Shown here piece after piece: positions 16,213-24,439 of a DNA stretch of 26,150 nt. The stretch's first letter is position 1. Each line of letters begins with the position of its first letter. A model generated the notes under the pieces. The model had not been told where the DNA came from. It saw nothing but the letters and a program-made list of their open reading frames with translations, and ran no database searches. The translations under genes and the position numbers were made by a program. This stretch comes from a virus. Taxonomy: Duplodnaviria > Caudoviricetes. The stretch is from positions 1-26,150 of the IMG/VR virus record IMGVR_UViG_3300028594_000087, one strand, 5' to 3'.

Positions 16213-16695
16213 CTACACCTCTTTTAAGTAGTCTAACGGTTTGCCTCCACCTGTTTTTATTAACGTGGCATGTTTTTTCATCCATTCATATGGAATGCTC
16301 TTACGGTCTGCTGTGCGCTCATATTCAAGGTATTTATCAATGGTCAGTCGATAACACTCTTTGTAATCAGTAAAATAGATGATTAGGAAAGCTAAGTGTC
16401 CGAGTTCCTGTACTTTCTGTAAGTAATTCTTTTGGTGTTCAGACACGTTATTAAATGGAAAACTTTTCTTAGCGGTTTGCTTAGCATCAAATGCAATGAA
16501 TGGTCCATTATTGATGCATCCAATGTAATCTACAGTACTTTTCTGTTTATAGAACGCCTTACCTGTTCGTGTGTTGTAATTGATTGGTGTTGCTACCTTA
16601 TCCACCAACGCAATATTCTTATTCTTATAAACAATGTTGGTGCGATCAATTATATCTTCGAGGAATTTCCCTCTGTTAGCGTATGTTCGTTGCAA
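16213..16695 (-). CDS. recU: Holliday junction resolvase RecU
   Basis: YANRGKFLE, KVATP, KSTVDYIG, AFDAKQT, EHQ and RKSIP motifs. Confidence 0.93.
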   Translation of the reverse strand: MQRTYANRGKFLEDIIDRTNIVYKNKNIALVDKVATPINYNTRTGKAFYKQKSTVDYIGCINNGPFIAFDAKQTAKKSFPFNNVSEHQKNYLQKVQELGHLAFLIIYFTDYKECYRLTIDKYLEYERTADRKSIPYEWMKKHATLIKTGGGKPLDYLKEV

Positions 16696-16708
16696 TCTTT
16701 ATCACGTC

Positions 16709-16876
16709 CTAAATATCATCCTCGTCGTCATCTTCGATAGCGAACGTTGCTCTTAAAATGTGTAATAAATGCCTAGCTTTTTTTATGTCTGTTAAGTCAA
16801 TGTCTGCTGATGATTTATATCCAGACAGTTCTTCAATCACTTCTTCATCTGTCATATCATTGATTGGTTTCATCAT
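16709..16876 (-). CDS. Hypothetical protein
   Basis: GGAG RBS before ATG 16876; fills gap. Confidence 0.65.
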   Translation of the reverse strand: MMKPINDMTDEEVIEELSGYKSSADIDLTDIKKARHLLHILRATFAIEDDDEDDI

Positions 16877-17105
16877 TATCAATCTCCACTTCGCAAAAAA
16901 CATTGTATTTAAAATTAGTTACTTCTTCTCGTAAAATAGAGATATTATCTTCGACTAAAGCAAAATTTATTTTAATAAACTCTTCAGAAGGGCTTTCTCT
17001 TGTATTGTTTATCCCGAATTCTAATAAGTCTATTAAATTCCTCATATGTTGTATTTGGTATTTAGCGTACTCAGCGTTCAAAATAGTTTCGGTTTCTTTA
17101 CTCAT
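16857..17105 (-). CDS. Hypothetical protein (AT-rich)
   Basis: GGGAGG RBS, 82 aa. Confidence 0.75.
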   Translation of the reverse strand: MSKETETILNAEYAKYQIQHMRNLIDLLEFGINNTRESPSEEFIKINFALVEDNISILREEVTNFKYNVFCEVEIDNDETNQ

Positions 17106-17184
17106 CTTTATTCCTCCCTAATATTTCTTTCATTTTATCAACTATCGTCTTATCTCCACTGGTCTGTTCCGTCGAACCAGGCAC
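17098..17184 (-). CDS. 28-aa micro-ORF after dut (not in ORF track)
   Basis: GAGGTG RBS, GTG start overlapping dut stop: MPGSTEQTSGDKTIVDKMKEILGRNKDE. Confidence 0.5.
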   Translation of the reverse strand: MPGSTEQTSGDKTIVDKMKEILGRNKDE

Positions 17185-17741
17185 TACCGATGCACCTCGT
17201 CTGTACTACCAAAGCCATTCGTTCCTCTATCGCTCTGAGTGCGGAATTGGTCTACAATCTCTAACGATGGAGTCACTATTGGTACGATGACTAATTGGGC
17301 AATTTTATCACCTTTGTTAATCAAATAAGACTTACCTTCCGCTAAATCAAAAGGATTACCATTCTTAACTTTCTCATTTTTGACATCATATAAAAGTGGC
17401 TCATATGATTGTTCTAAAGTGTGGTTGTTTTGAATGATATTAAATTCAGGTTTCTGTGAATCATTCTTAATATTTATCTTCATTTCTCCAGTAAACCCTG
17501 CATCAATCTTCCCAGTCTCAATCACTAAATCTGTTTTACTTGATACACCAGATCGTGATGTTAAAAATCCAACATAACCTGGTAGAATATTGACTGCGAT
17601 GCCTGTACTTAGCTTATGCTTTTCTTGTGGTTTGAGCACAACTGACTCAGCAGCATATATATCAAGTCCTGCATCGTGTTCATGTGCCCTAGTCGGCAAC
17701 GTGGCTGATTCACTGAGTTGTTTTATTTGTAATTTATTCAT
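17184..17741 (-). CDS. dut: Trimeric dUTPase with phage-specific insertion
   Basis: Motifs AGLDI, SRSG, GKIDAGFTG, AQLV and RGTNGFGST; extra segment between motifs III and IV; start moved to ATG 17741 (GGAGG RBS). Confidence 0.96.
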   Translation of the reverse strand: MNKLQIKQLSESATLPTRAHEHDAGLDIYAAESVVLKPQEKHKLSTGIAVNILPGYVGFLTSRSGVSSKTDLVIETGKIDAGFTGEMKINIKNDSQKPEFNIIQNNHTLEQSYEPLLYDVKNEKVKNGNPFDLAEGKSYLINKGDKIAQLVIVPIVTPSLEIVDQFRTQSDRGTNGFGSTDEVHR

Positions 17742-17742
17742 G

Positions 17743-17856
17743 TTATCTATTCCTCCACCAATCAATAATTAAATACGTAATACAAGCGATTAAGCTAAGT
17801 GTACAAAGCACGATAAGCCCTAGCAGTCCGATAAGTTGCCAAGCGAGTAGGCTCAT
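17743..17856 (-). CDS. 37-aa single-pass membrane peptide (not in ORF track)
   Basis: ATGA-coupled; MSLLAWQLIGLLGLIVLCTLSLIACITYLIIDWWRNR. Confidence 0.7.
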   Translation of the reverse strand: MSLLAWQLIGLLGLIVLCTLSLIACITYLIIDWWRNR

Positions 17857-18101
17857 GAGAGTTCGCCTTTATAATTCTTTAATATATTTTCTATGTCCAC
17901 GAAAGCTATCTCAGGATTTGTTGGACTATCGTTATTCCCAAAATTTTGGTTTAAATCTTCCATTACTTCGAGAACTTCATCAAACGCTTGTGCTTTATTC
18001 TTCACTTCATAAAAGTAATCCTTTAACTCCATTTCCAATTCAGTATTTTCGTGATAGTAATTGTGTATAGCTTCATTGATTAAATCTTTGTGATTAGTCA
18101 T
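17853..18101 (-). CDS. Hypothetical protein (KAQAFDE motif common in staphylococcal phage small ORFs)
   Basis: ATGA coupling on both sides. Confidence 0.78.
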   Translation of the reverse strand: MTNHKDLINEAIHNYYHENTELEMELKDYFYEVKNKAQAFDEVLEVMEDLNQNFGNNDSPTNPEIAFVDIENILKNYKGELS

Positions 18102-18391
18102 TCTTCATCACGCTCCTCAGGCACATTCTCTATAATCTCTTGCTTTAACTCAGGACTAATACTCTCATCACTCATAATTCTGTATTCCAAATACTCATTC
18201 TGTTCTGTTTTACGTGAGTAGTCTTGTTGAAGCTCGTTATAGCCTTCGTATAACTCGTCATACGCTTCCTGTAAGGCTTCATAGTCATCTAATAGGACTT
18301 CGTACCTCGCATCGTCTGTATGGCTTTGTACAGCCGTTAAAATGAACCCTATGAGTATTGCAACGATGACTGTTCTGATGAGTAGGTTCAT
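18098..18391 (-). CDS. Membrane-anchored or secreted coiled-coil hypothetical protein
   Basis: N-terminal hydrophobic helix then heptads YEVLLDD-YEALQEA-YDELYEG-YNELQQD. Confidence 0.78.
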   Translation of the reverse strand: MNLLIRTVIVAILIGFILTAVQSHTDDARYEVLLDDYEALQEAYDELYEGYNELQQDYSRKTEQNEYLEYRIMSDESISPELKQEIIENVPEERDEE

Positions 18392-18597
18392 GCTCTATCA
18401 ATCCTTAAAATATATTCGTCTTTAGTTTCGCTAGCAGTAATTACATGAGAAGGCAGTCTGTTCTGTATAGTCCTAGCTACGTGGATGAAGAATTTCCTGT
18501 CGTAAAAATCTTTGCTATAGCGTTTTTCTGTTGGGAATACTAGGTGGCTCATCAAGTGGTATAACTCACCTTTAATTAATTCTGGTGTGGACTTCAT
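18388..18597 (-). CDS. Hypothetical protein
   Basis: ATGA-coupled ORF with GAGG RBS. Confidence 0.72.
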   Translation of the reverse strand: MKSTPELIKGELYHLMSHLVFPTEKRYSKDFYDRKFFIHVARTIQNRLPSHVITASETKDEYILRIDRA

Positions 18598-18842
18598 AAT
18601 CTCGCCTCCACATCTTTCGGTATAACTTCTGTAAGCTCACGATCTGCGATGAATTGTTTATAATCTTCTGTGGTTAAATAAAACAACTGTTCACCTTTCA
18701 GATAAATGGATACTGGCACTAGCTTGTAACCTGCTTCAATCGGTATTGCGGTGTACATGTAATTCTGATTAGCGTTATACAGTCGCTTGCGGTATTTGAA
18801 GCCATATTGTTTATTGGTGAATAGTTCGAGTTGTTGCATCAT
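18594..18842 (-). CDS. Hypothetical protein, DUF3269-like
   Basis: GGAGG RBS; visible similarity to the upstream neighbour. Confidence 0.7.
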   Translation of the reverse strand: MMQQLELFTNKQYGFKYRKRLYNANQNYMYTAIPIEAGYKLVPVSIYLKGEQLFYLTTEDYKQFIADRELTEVIPKDVEARL

Positions 18843-19051
18843 AGCAAGTCCTCCAACGTCACTTGTTCACCTGCTAATGAATTGAGCCTCATATTGTCCT
18901 TGTATTCTTCAAAATCTTCTAAAGGTATAAACGTATTAGGATGGTATTGATTCTCATTGTAGACCACCTTATAGCCGTTCTTAGCCTTATCAAAAGTAGC
19001 TGTACCGATTGGTTCGATTTCATCTCTATACAAATTCAATACTTTAGCCAT
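18839..19051 (-). CDS. Hypothetical protein, DUF3269-like
   Basis: TGATG-coupled start at 19051; EDFEEYK...L...QVTLEDLL pattern. Confidence 0.7.
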   Translation of the reverse strand: MAKVLNLYRDEIEPIGTATFDKAKNGYKVVYNENQYHPNTFIPLEDFEEYKDNMRLNSLAGEQVTLEDLL

Positions 19052-19581
19052 CACGCCCACCCCTTGAAGCACTGATCAAATAATTGTTTGTGGTAATCAT
19101 TTATCACCAACTCAGTTTGTTTTACTGGCTGATCTATGCTCACTTTCATCGTAGGTCTTTTGACTCTTCTAACTTCTCTAATTGGTTCATTCTCATGTAC
19201 TGGTGCGTACTTAGCGTTATGTGTTCTCTTTACTATCACAGTTTCACCCTCTATTGGTATTAGTTTATTAAACATTCCTCTTTCTTCTGCGACATTGGAT
19301 CGGATGAATATCAATTGTTCTTTAGACAAATTGGTGAAATTAGATATTTCTTCGAAAGTGCCACTCACAATAAAATCGTCTAGATGATACAAAGCGTACA
19401 CCTGTTCCCTGGTACCAATACGCTTCATCTCATAACCTTTTCTTGGGTTAGTTCTTAAAGACTGTACAAAGTTTCGACTTTTATTAATTGCTTCACAAAT
19501 CTCTTTGATTGTTCCGCTAGCGATCAATTCGCCATTCAGAAAGAGTTCGTATACATCAATCGTTCTAATGGCTTTACTCAT
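19051..19581 (-). CDS. Putative DNA-binding protein with duplicated small HTH-like domain
   Basis: YELFLNGELIASGTIKEICE and YALYHLDDFIVSGTFEEISN repeats. Confidence 0.72.
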   Translation of the reverse strand: MSKAIRTIDVYELFLNGELIASGTIKEICEAINKSRNFVQSLRTNPRKGYEMKRIGTREQVYALYHLDDFIVSGTFEEISNFTNLSKEQLIFIRSNVAEERGMFNKLIPIEGETVIVKRTHNAKYAPVHENEPIREVRRVKRPTMKVSIDQPVKQTELVINDYHKQLFDQCFKGWA

Positions 19582-19593
19582 GCTGACGACCTC

Positions 19594-20064
19594 CTACACT
19601 TCAATCGCTTTGATATCTTTGACCTGATATCCGATGTTTTCTAATCGTTCTAACAATGGCTTTGGATATGGCATTGGGAACTCTTTATCCACTTTTCTTA
19701 GATATTTGATTCTGCCGATAATCTCGATAACTTCTTTATCGTCTATCGTGTGATTCTGCTGTTTGACTTTCTTTTCTAGTTTTCGTGGCGGTTTGCTAAT
19801 CGCTTCTTCAACCGTCCACCCCATATCCAACCGAGCCATCAATGTTTTTCTTGAAATACCTGCTATTTCCGCATGATCTACTTGTTCTCTAGTAACTATG
19901 ATTCCTTTATAGTTCATGCCACCTTTACGAATTTGTGGCATCTCAGTAATTGCTCGTTCTACTGGCCATCCTTTACAAAGACGGCTCGATAATGTTTTCA
20001 TGTTAATTCCGTTATTCTCAGCAGTTTGTTTTTGCTCTTTGCTCAAATCTCTCATGCTGGTCAT
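19594..20064 (-). CDS. PVL ORF50-like protein with duplicated domain
   Basis: AENNGINMKTLSSRLCKGWPVERAI and AEIAGISRKTLMARLDMGWTVEEAI; start moved to ATG 20064 after GGAGGG. Confidence 0.75.
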   Translation of the reverse strand: MTSMRDLSKEQKQTAENNGINMKTLSSRLCKGWPVERAITEMPQIRKGGMNYKGIIVTREQVDHAEIAGISRKTLMARLDMGWTVEEAISKPPRKLEKKVKQQNHTIDDKEVIEIIGRIKYLRKVDKEFPMPYPKPLLERLENIGYQVKDIKAIEV

Positions 20065-20263
20065 CGCTATCCCTCCATAAGTACACCAATACATCCGCTA
20101 ATTTAGCTCTTACAGTCGATTGTGGCTTGCTTAACAGGAAATCTATCCAACTATCCCCGAACAACTCCAAAGCGCTTATATCGTCTTTTGTGATGGTCTC
20201 ACGTCGTTCCAATTTATCCGCCAATCTCATTTCTGGACTGACGGGTTCATATATTGCCTGCAT
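20018..20263 (-). CDS. Hypothetical protein
   Basis: TAATG-coupled to dnaC, AGGTG RBS. Confidence 0.7.
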   Translation of the reverse strand: MQAIYEPVSPEMRLADKLERRETITKDDISALELFGDSWIDFLLSKPQSTVRAKLADVLVYLWRDSDDQHERFEQRAKTNC

Positions 20264-21036
20264 TACTTCACACCTTTCATGCGGTAGTCAGCACCATCTA
20301 TCACAATTACTTTCGCTTTTTCCATCATTCTCGAGAACACACGATATAGTGCCTGCGATGATCTAAACTGCTCACTTGTTAAGTTCGTCGTATAGATTGT
20401 GCTTTTATTTCTTCTTGAATCCACTAATCTGAATAATTCTGATACTTCCCACTCACTCATTCGGTTTGCTCCAACGTCATCTAATATGAGTAGGTCTGCT
20501 TCTTTAGCGAATTTATAGATTGGGTGAATCTGATTTAAGTCTTTAAATCCCTGTTTTAGCTTATCCATATAGTCAGGTAATGAGATAAACAAGACTTTAT
20601 CGTTTGTTGAAGTTAGGTAGTTACGTACAGCAGCAGCGAGATGCGTTTTACCAGTACCAAAAGTACCTTGCACTAGAAGTGAGTATGATTCTTTACTCAT
20701 CTCATCAAAGTGTTCCGCATAGTACTTCATCTTTTTAGCGGCAGTCTCTTGTTGTTCATTACTAGGTTCGTAATTCTCGAAAGTTTTTTCTTTGTAATCG
20801 CCGTGAATCACACTTGCTTTGTTGAATGCATCGGATTTAATCCTCTTCTGTTGCTCGTTGATATACTTAATACGGTCGCATATACATCCAGACTGATTTT
20901 CTTTAACTTCACCATTTTCAAATTTGATGCGCACAATTTTTAAATCTTTACCACACCCGTCGCATACTTCACCTGTATGTTCGACTGTTGTATCTTTGAT
21001 TTTGTTTTCGCTCATCAGTCTAACGATTTCTTCCAT
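20263..21036 (-). CDS. dnaC: DnaC/IstB-like AAA+ helicase loader
   Basis: CxxC...CxC zinc site, Walker A GTFGTGKT, Walker B LLILDDVG, YTTNL, SRM and GADYR. Confidence 0.93.
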   Translation of the reverse strand: MEEIVRLMSENKIKDTTVEHTGEVCDGCGKDLKIVRIKFENGEVKENQSGCICDRIKYINEQQKRIKSDAFNKASVIHGDYKEKTFENYEPSNEQQETAAKKMKYYAEHFDEMSKESYSLLVQGTFGTGKTHLAAAVRNYLTSTNDKVLFISLPDYMDKLKQGFKDLNQIHPIYKFAKEADLLILDDVGANRMSEWEVSELFRLVDSRRNKSTIYTTNLTSEQFRSSQALYRVFSRMMEKAKVIVIDGADYRMKGVK

Positions 21037-21046
21037 GTCATCCCTC

Positions 21047-21790
21047 CTAGAATCCTAGATGCTCTGTTAAATCTTTTTCATATTGACTGTTTAGATCTAT
21101 GCCATCGTTCCCACGTAACTTAGACATTTTCTGTTTAGCTATATTCTTGAACTCGTCTATATCTAAATAAGATTGATTATTTAAGAATGTTGTTGGATAA
21201 CGCTGGTACTGTTTATCAGTTACTGTTTGTAAATAAGCTTTTGTTCCTTCTAAAATTTTTTCGTAACCATGTTCCTTATGACACTTTTTAAATACAGTAA
21301 ATGATTTCTTTTTATCTAGTTTTTTATCGTAAAGATTCCACCATTCTTCAAAGTCAGATTCAATCGCATTTTCTAAATGCGCATTACTATTTGTATTATT
21401 ATTATTTGTATTATTAATAGATGTATTATTAACTTCATCATTTTCTAAATAGGGGTGTTTAATATTCTTAATAGGGTCATTTAATTTATTAACTAGGGTG
21501 TTTAATTTATTAACCACCTTTATCGTTCTTTTTTTGACCTCTTTACCTTCGTATTCAAAAGTTACTTCAATTAAATTTTTCTCATACAGTCTATTAATGA
21601 TTTGAGAACATCTTCCTTTGGATATTCCGAAGAAATCGGCAAAGTGTTTATTGCTTGCAAAGCATCCCTTTTCGTTATCTAAACTATCTATTTCTACTAG
21701 AAAGAGTTTCTCCATGACACTTAATTCTTCGTTTAGCCAGACTTCTTTAGGTATCCAGATTCCTTTAAATGCTCTGTTCATTTTTTTCAC
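21047..21790 (-). CDS. Replication initiator / replisome organiser (N-terminal winged HTH)
   Basis: FKGIWIP, GCFASNKHFA, Asn-rich linker and C-terminal FEEWWNLY...YPTTFLN; directly upstream of the loader. Confidence 0.9.
   Translation of the reverse strand: MKKMNRAFKGIWIPKEVWLNEELSVMEKLFLVEIDSLDNEKGCFASNKHFADFFGISKGRCSQIINRLYEKNLIEVTFEYEGKEVKKRTIKVVNKLNTLVNKLNDPIKNIKHPYLENDEVNNTSINNTNNNNTNSNAHLENAIESDFEEWWNLYDKKLDKKKSFTVFKKCHKEHGYEKILEGTKAYLQTVTDKQYQRYPTTFLNNQSYLDIDEFKNIAKQKMSKLRGNDGIDLNSQYEKDLTEHLGF
21382..21514. repeat. Putative replication origin: three 21-22 bp iterons plus AT-rich unwinding element
   Basis: TAGGGGTGTTTAATATTCTTAA (21450), TAGGGTCATTTAATTTATTAAC (21472), TAGGGTGTTTAATTTATTAAC (21494); TGTATTATTA three times in 21382-21433. 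Confidence 0.8.
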
Positions 21791-22457
21791 CTCGTAACAT
21801 GCTATTGAGTTTGTCGTCCACTTTTATCCAACTGTTAGTTAGGTGGTATTTTTTGTTAAAAGAATCCATTCCAATCTGATGCTGTTCGTTATGGTGACTT
21901 CTACATAGTGCTAACACTTGATTGTTGTAATGGTTCATCTCGTTACGATTACGCCCTTTACCTATGGCGAAACGATGTGCTAGATCACTTTTCTCCTTGC
22001 CACAAATTACACAGGTTCTATTTATCGTTGATAGATAGATAAAGTAGTTATCCTCTTTCATCAAATCGCTTGTTTTATAAGACAGTGGTATGTGATGTTC
22101 AAACACCCACTGCAATATCAAATCGATTAAGTCACTTGCCTGTCGTTTACTACAGTTTGAAAGTGATAAGCGTCCTTCAATCCCTTGCATTACCTTCAAA
22201 TAGTCCATAAACATTGCTCGCATGTATTCACTTGGTTGTCCTGTTGCTTTCTCAATATCATTCACTAAAGCAAACACTTTTCTTCTCTGCTTTTGAGTAA
22301 TGACAAATGGATTGAATACCTTCACATCCGCTTGGACGGTAAAGCCGTTATCTATCATCAACGTTTCATCTTTTCCGATTTCCAAACCTTTGATGACAGC
22401 AGTGTATGTGCCGTCATCTTCAAGTTTGTAACTCACGATTTCTTCCACTGCTATCAC
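21765..22457 (-). CDS. Putative HNHc nuclease (DUF968-like)
   Basis: QRRKVFAL, CVICGK, DLAH and LALCRSHHNEQH motifs; follows ssb. Confidence 0.88.
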   Translation of the reverse strand: MIAVEEIVSYKLEDDGTYTAVIKGLEIGKDETLMIDNGFTVQADVKVFNPFVITQKQRRKVFALVNDIEKATGQPSEYMRAMFMDYLKVMQGIEGRLSLSNCSKRQASDLIDLILQWVFEHHIPLSYKTSDLMKEDNYFIYLSTINRTCVICGKEKSDLAHRFAIGKGRNRNEMNHYNNQVLALCRSHHNEQHQIGMDSFNKKYHLTNSWIKVDDKLNSMLRGEKNEQSI

Positions 22458-22467
22458 CTCGTTTCAA

Positions 22468-22938
22468 TTAAAAAGGCAAATCTGAGTCATTGATTGGAAC
22501 TGAACCTTGTGAGTTACCAAATGGATTAGGCTCATATACGCCCTGTGAGCCACCATATTGTTGGTTTGAAGTATTTGTATAGTTGCTATTGTTTTGGCTC
22601 TGAGAATCGTTATTTGAGCTATTTCCGCCTGTAAAATGCATCTCGTTTACAACAAGTTCAGTAACAAATACTTTTTGTCCGTTATTATTCTCATAACTAC
22701 GACTTTGCATTCTTCCGCTCAGTCCGATTAGGTCGCCTTTTTTGTGATACTGATTAATAATTTCTGCGGTTTTGTCAAAAGCGACAAAGTTAATGAAATC
22801 TGCTTCACGTTCACCTGTTTGTTTGTTTTTGAACGGACGATTTACTGCGATTGAGTTGTTGAGCACCATCTTTCCTGATTGAGATTGTCTAGGTTCTAAG
22901 TCTTTAGTTATACGTCCGATAAAATTTGCTTGATTCAT
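22468..22938 (-). CDS. ssb: Single-stranded DNA-binding protein
   Basis: GRITKD, AVNR, ADFINFVAF, GRMQSRSY and acidic C-terminal DSDLPF. Confidence 0.97.
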   Translation of the reverse strand: MNQANFIGRITKDLEPRQSQSGKMVLNNSIAVNRPFKNKQTGEREADFINFVAFDKTAEIINQYHKKGDLIGLSGRMQSRSYENNNGQKVFVTELVVNEMHFTGGNSSNNDSQSQNNSNYTNTSNQQYGGSQGVYEPNPFGNSQGSVPINDSDLPF

Positions 22939-22955
22939 TTATAAAACTCCTTTTT

Positions 22956-23558
22956 TTATTGTTTAGATGCTTTGTTGATACCGTCATTTACACGAGTCAA
23001 CAATTGCTTGAATTCAGTCTCTGTATGTGATTGTCTAATGCCTAATTTTCCTTTAAGTTCATTTACATCCATGTTGTACAGTTGGGATAATTCTTGCGTT
23101 TTATTATTGAGCAGTCCTAGTTGATCATTACTAGCCATCTTTTCTTGCTTAGGTGCTTGGTTACCACTTGCGCTGTTACCGTCATCATCTTGGTCAGAAG
23201 TGATACCAAACACTGCTGATAATGAGTAGCGTTTTAGATAGGTTATAAGAGCACCTGCACCTTGAGCGGTTTCTTTATCGGCTTTCATATGAACAGAATC
23301 AAATTCAATCCATTCACCACTCTCATGCATTAACATTGTTGCTACTCCAACTCTTCCTTGTTCGTCATTTAAAGCCCACTGAACGAACGATAAACCATGA
23401 TTAGGGGCTTCCTGAGTAATTGCTTCTACAACGTTCTCTAGTGGTACATATTTGCTCTTGAAGAATGGATTATTCTTATCTTTTAATGGTTGCTTCACTT
23501 CCGCTTGAAACTTCGCTAGTGCTTTTGATAATTCAGAAATGGAATCCGACTTTCTCAT
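22956..23558 (-). CDS. ERF-family single-strand annealing protein
   Basis: KDKNNPFFKSKY and GALITYLKRYSLSAVFGITSDQDDDG. Confidence 0.94.
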   Translation of the reverse strand: MRKSDSISELSKALAKFQAEVKQPLKDKNNPFFKSKYVPLENVVEAITQEAPNHGLSFVQWALNDEQGRVGVATMLMHESGEWIEFDSVHMKADKETAQGAGALITYLKRYSLSAVFGITSDQDDDGNSASGNQAPKQEKMASNDQLGLLNNKTQELSQLYNMDVNELKGKLGIRQSHTETEFKQLLTRVNDGINKASKQ

Positions 23559-23791
23559 TAAATTTGAACCTCCTCATAATCGACTGAGATTGTCTCAGTC
23601 CGTTTAATAACCTTGTACTCACCTGTTTCTAGTAAATCCGACCATTCAGGCGGTGTGCGTTTTTCATTTACTTCGTATAGCTTTGCGTGGCTGATAAGTG
23701 TCGTTAAACCAGTTGCTGATGTTACGTAAAATCCTGATGATTTATGTTGTAACAGGTAGCGAGTGTCTGTCTTATCTGTCACGACCAACAC
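23558..23791 (-). CDS. Hypothetical protein
   Basis: 77 aa, TAATG-coupled to ERF gene; exact start uncertain. Confidence 0.7.
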   Translation of the reverse strand: MLVVTDKTDTRYLLQHKSSGFYVTSATGLTTLISHAKLYEVNEKRTPPEWSDLLETGEYKVIKRTETISVDYEEVQI

Positions 23792-24038
23792 GCCCTTTAA
23801 AAACCTGTGGTATACTGTAGTTATTGAATATATTTACATCGTCACTGTTCTCAGCAGTGGCTTTTTTCATTGCTATTTCTAATCTGCGATTTCTTTGTTT
23901 CAATTCAAAAACTTGATTACGTAAACAAAGGTTCTCTCTTTCAAGTCCCTCGTTATCTTCTCTAAGTTCTTCTACTTCTTGCTTCGTCGTATGAATTAAG
24001 TTTGCAAATTCATTAAAGTTTTTTGGTCTGTATTCCAT
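23772..24038 (-). CDS. Coiled-coil hypothetical protein
   Basis: AGGGGA RBS, heptad pattern. Confidence 0.75.
   Translation of the reverse strand: MEYRPKNFNEFANLIHTTKQEVEELREDNEGLERENLCLRNQVFELKQRNRRLEIAMKKATAENSDDVNIFNNYSIPQVFKGRVGRDR
23806..23867 (+). ncRNA. Candidate ~45-nt antisense sRNA with own promoter and terminator
   Basis: TGTG-G-TATACT (23806-23816), then GTCACTGTT-CTC-AGCAGTGGC-TTTTTT (23841-23867) with G-U pairs valid only on +. Confidence 0.65.
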
Positions 24039-24049
24039 TACTAATCCCC

Positions 24050-24289
24050 CTAATATTGATGATCAGTTAATGCTTCTTGTAACTCTGCATGTACTGAATC
24101 AGGTACTTCATTATTCTTGTGTAATCTAATAAGAATGCGGTTTGTTTCTTTTAGTACTTCAAGTACTTCTTCAAAGGCTTCTTTGTAGTCATTTGCATCT
24201 GTTTTTGTGTTACTAAGTTCTTGTTTCAAAACGCTATTTTCTTCTTGTAGATCTTCAATCTCATATTGCATGGAGTAATACATCACCAT
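24050..24289 (-). CDS. Coiled-coil hypothetical protein
   Basis: GGAGGG RBS, 79 aa. Confidence 0.75.
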   Translation of the reverse strand: MVMYYSMQYEIEDLQEENSVLKQELSNTKTDANDYKEAFEEVLEVLKETNRILIRLHKNNEVPDSVHAELQEALTDHQY

Positions 24290-24435
24290 TCAGCACCCTC
24301 CTCTTCTAATCCATAGATTTCTGAGTAAGCATCATCAATATCAGGTGTGATGCAATACTGTCTGTAGGTCATAATGGCTACGAAAAACAGTGTGAGTAAT
24401 AGTATTGCGATTGCATCTTTCATCCAAGTTTTCAT
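24283..24435 (-). CDS. 50-aa single-pass membrane protein (not in ORF track)
   Basis: AGGAGGT RBS; MKTWMKDAIAILLLTLFFVAIMTYRQYCITPDIDDAYSEIYGLEEEGAEW. Confidence 0.75.
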   Translation of the reverse strand: MKTWMKDAIAILLLTLFFVAIMTYRQYCITPDIDDAYSEIYGLEEEGAEW

Positions 24436-24439
24436 TGCC

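Noticed and set aside
182-22493. All plus-strand ORFs in the supplied track
   Set aside because: They lie wholly or largely antisense to well-supported minus-strand genes (including the unlisted Tal at 1-1675), show no convincing RBS and read like codon shadows
23782-23789. 8-nt complementarity between the hairpin-2 loop (GTTGGTCG, 25331-25338) and plus-strand CGACCAAC at the start of ORF 23558-23791
   Set aside because: Too short to distinguish from chance and in the wrong orientation for the proposed plus-strand sRNA
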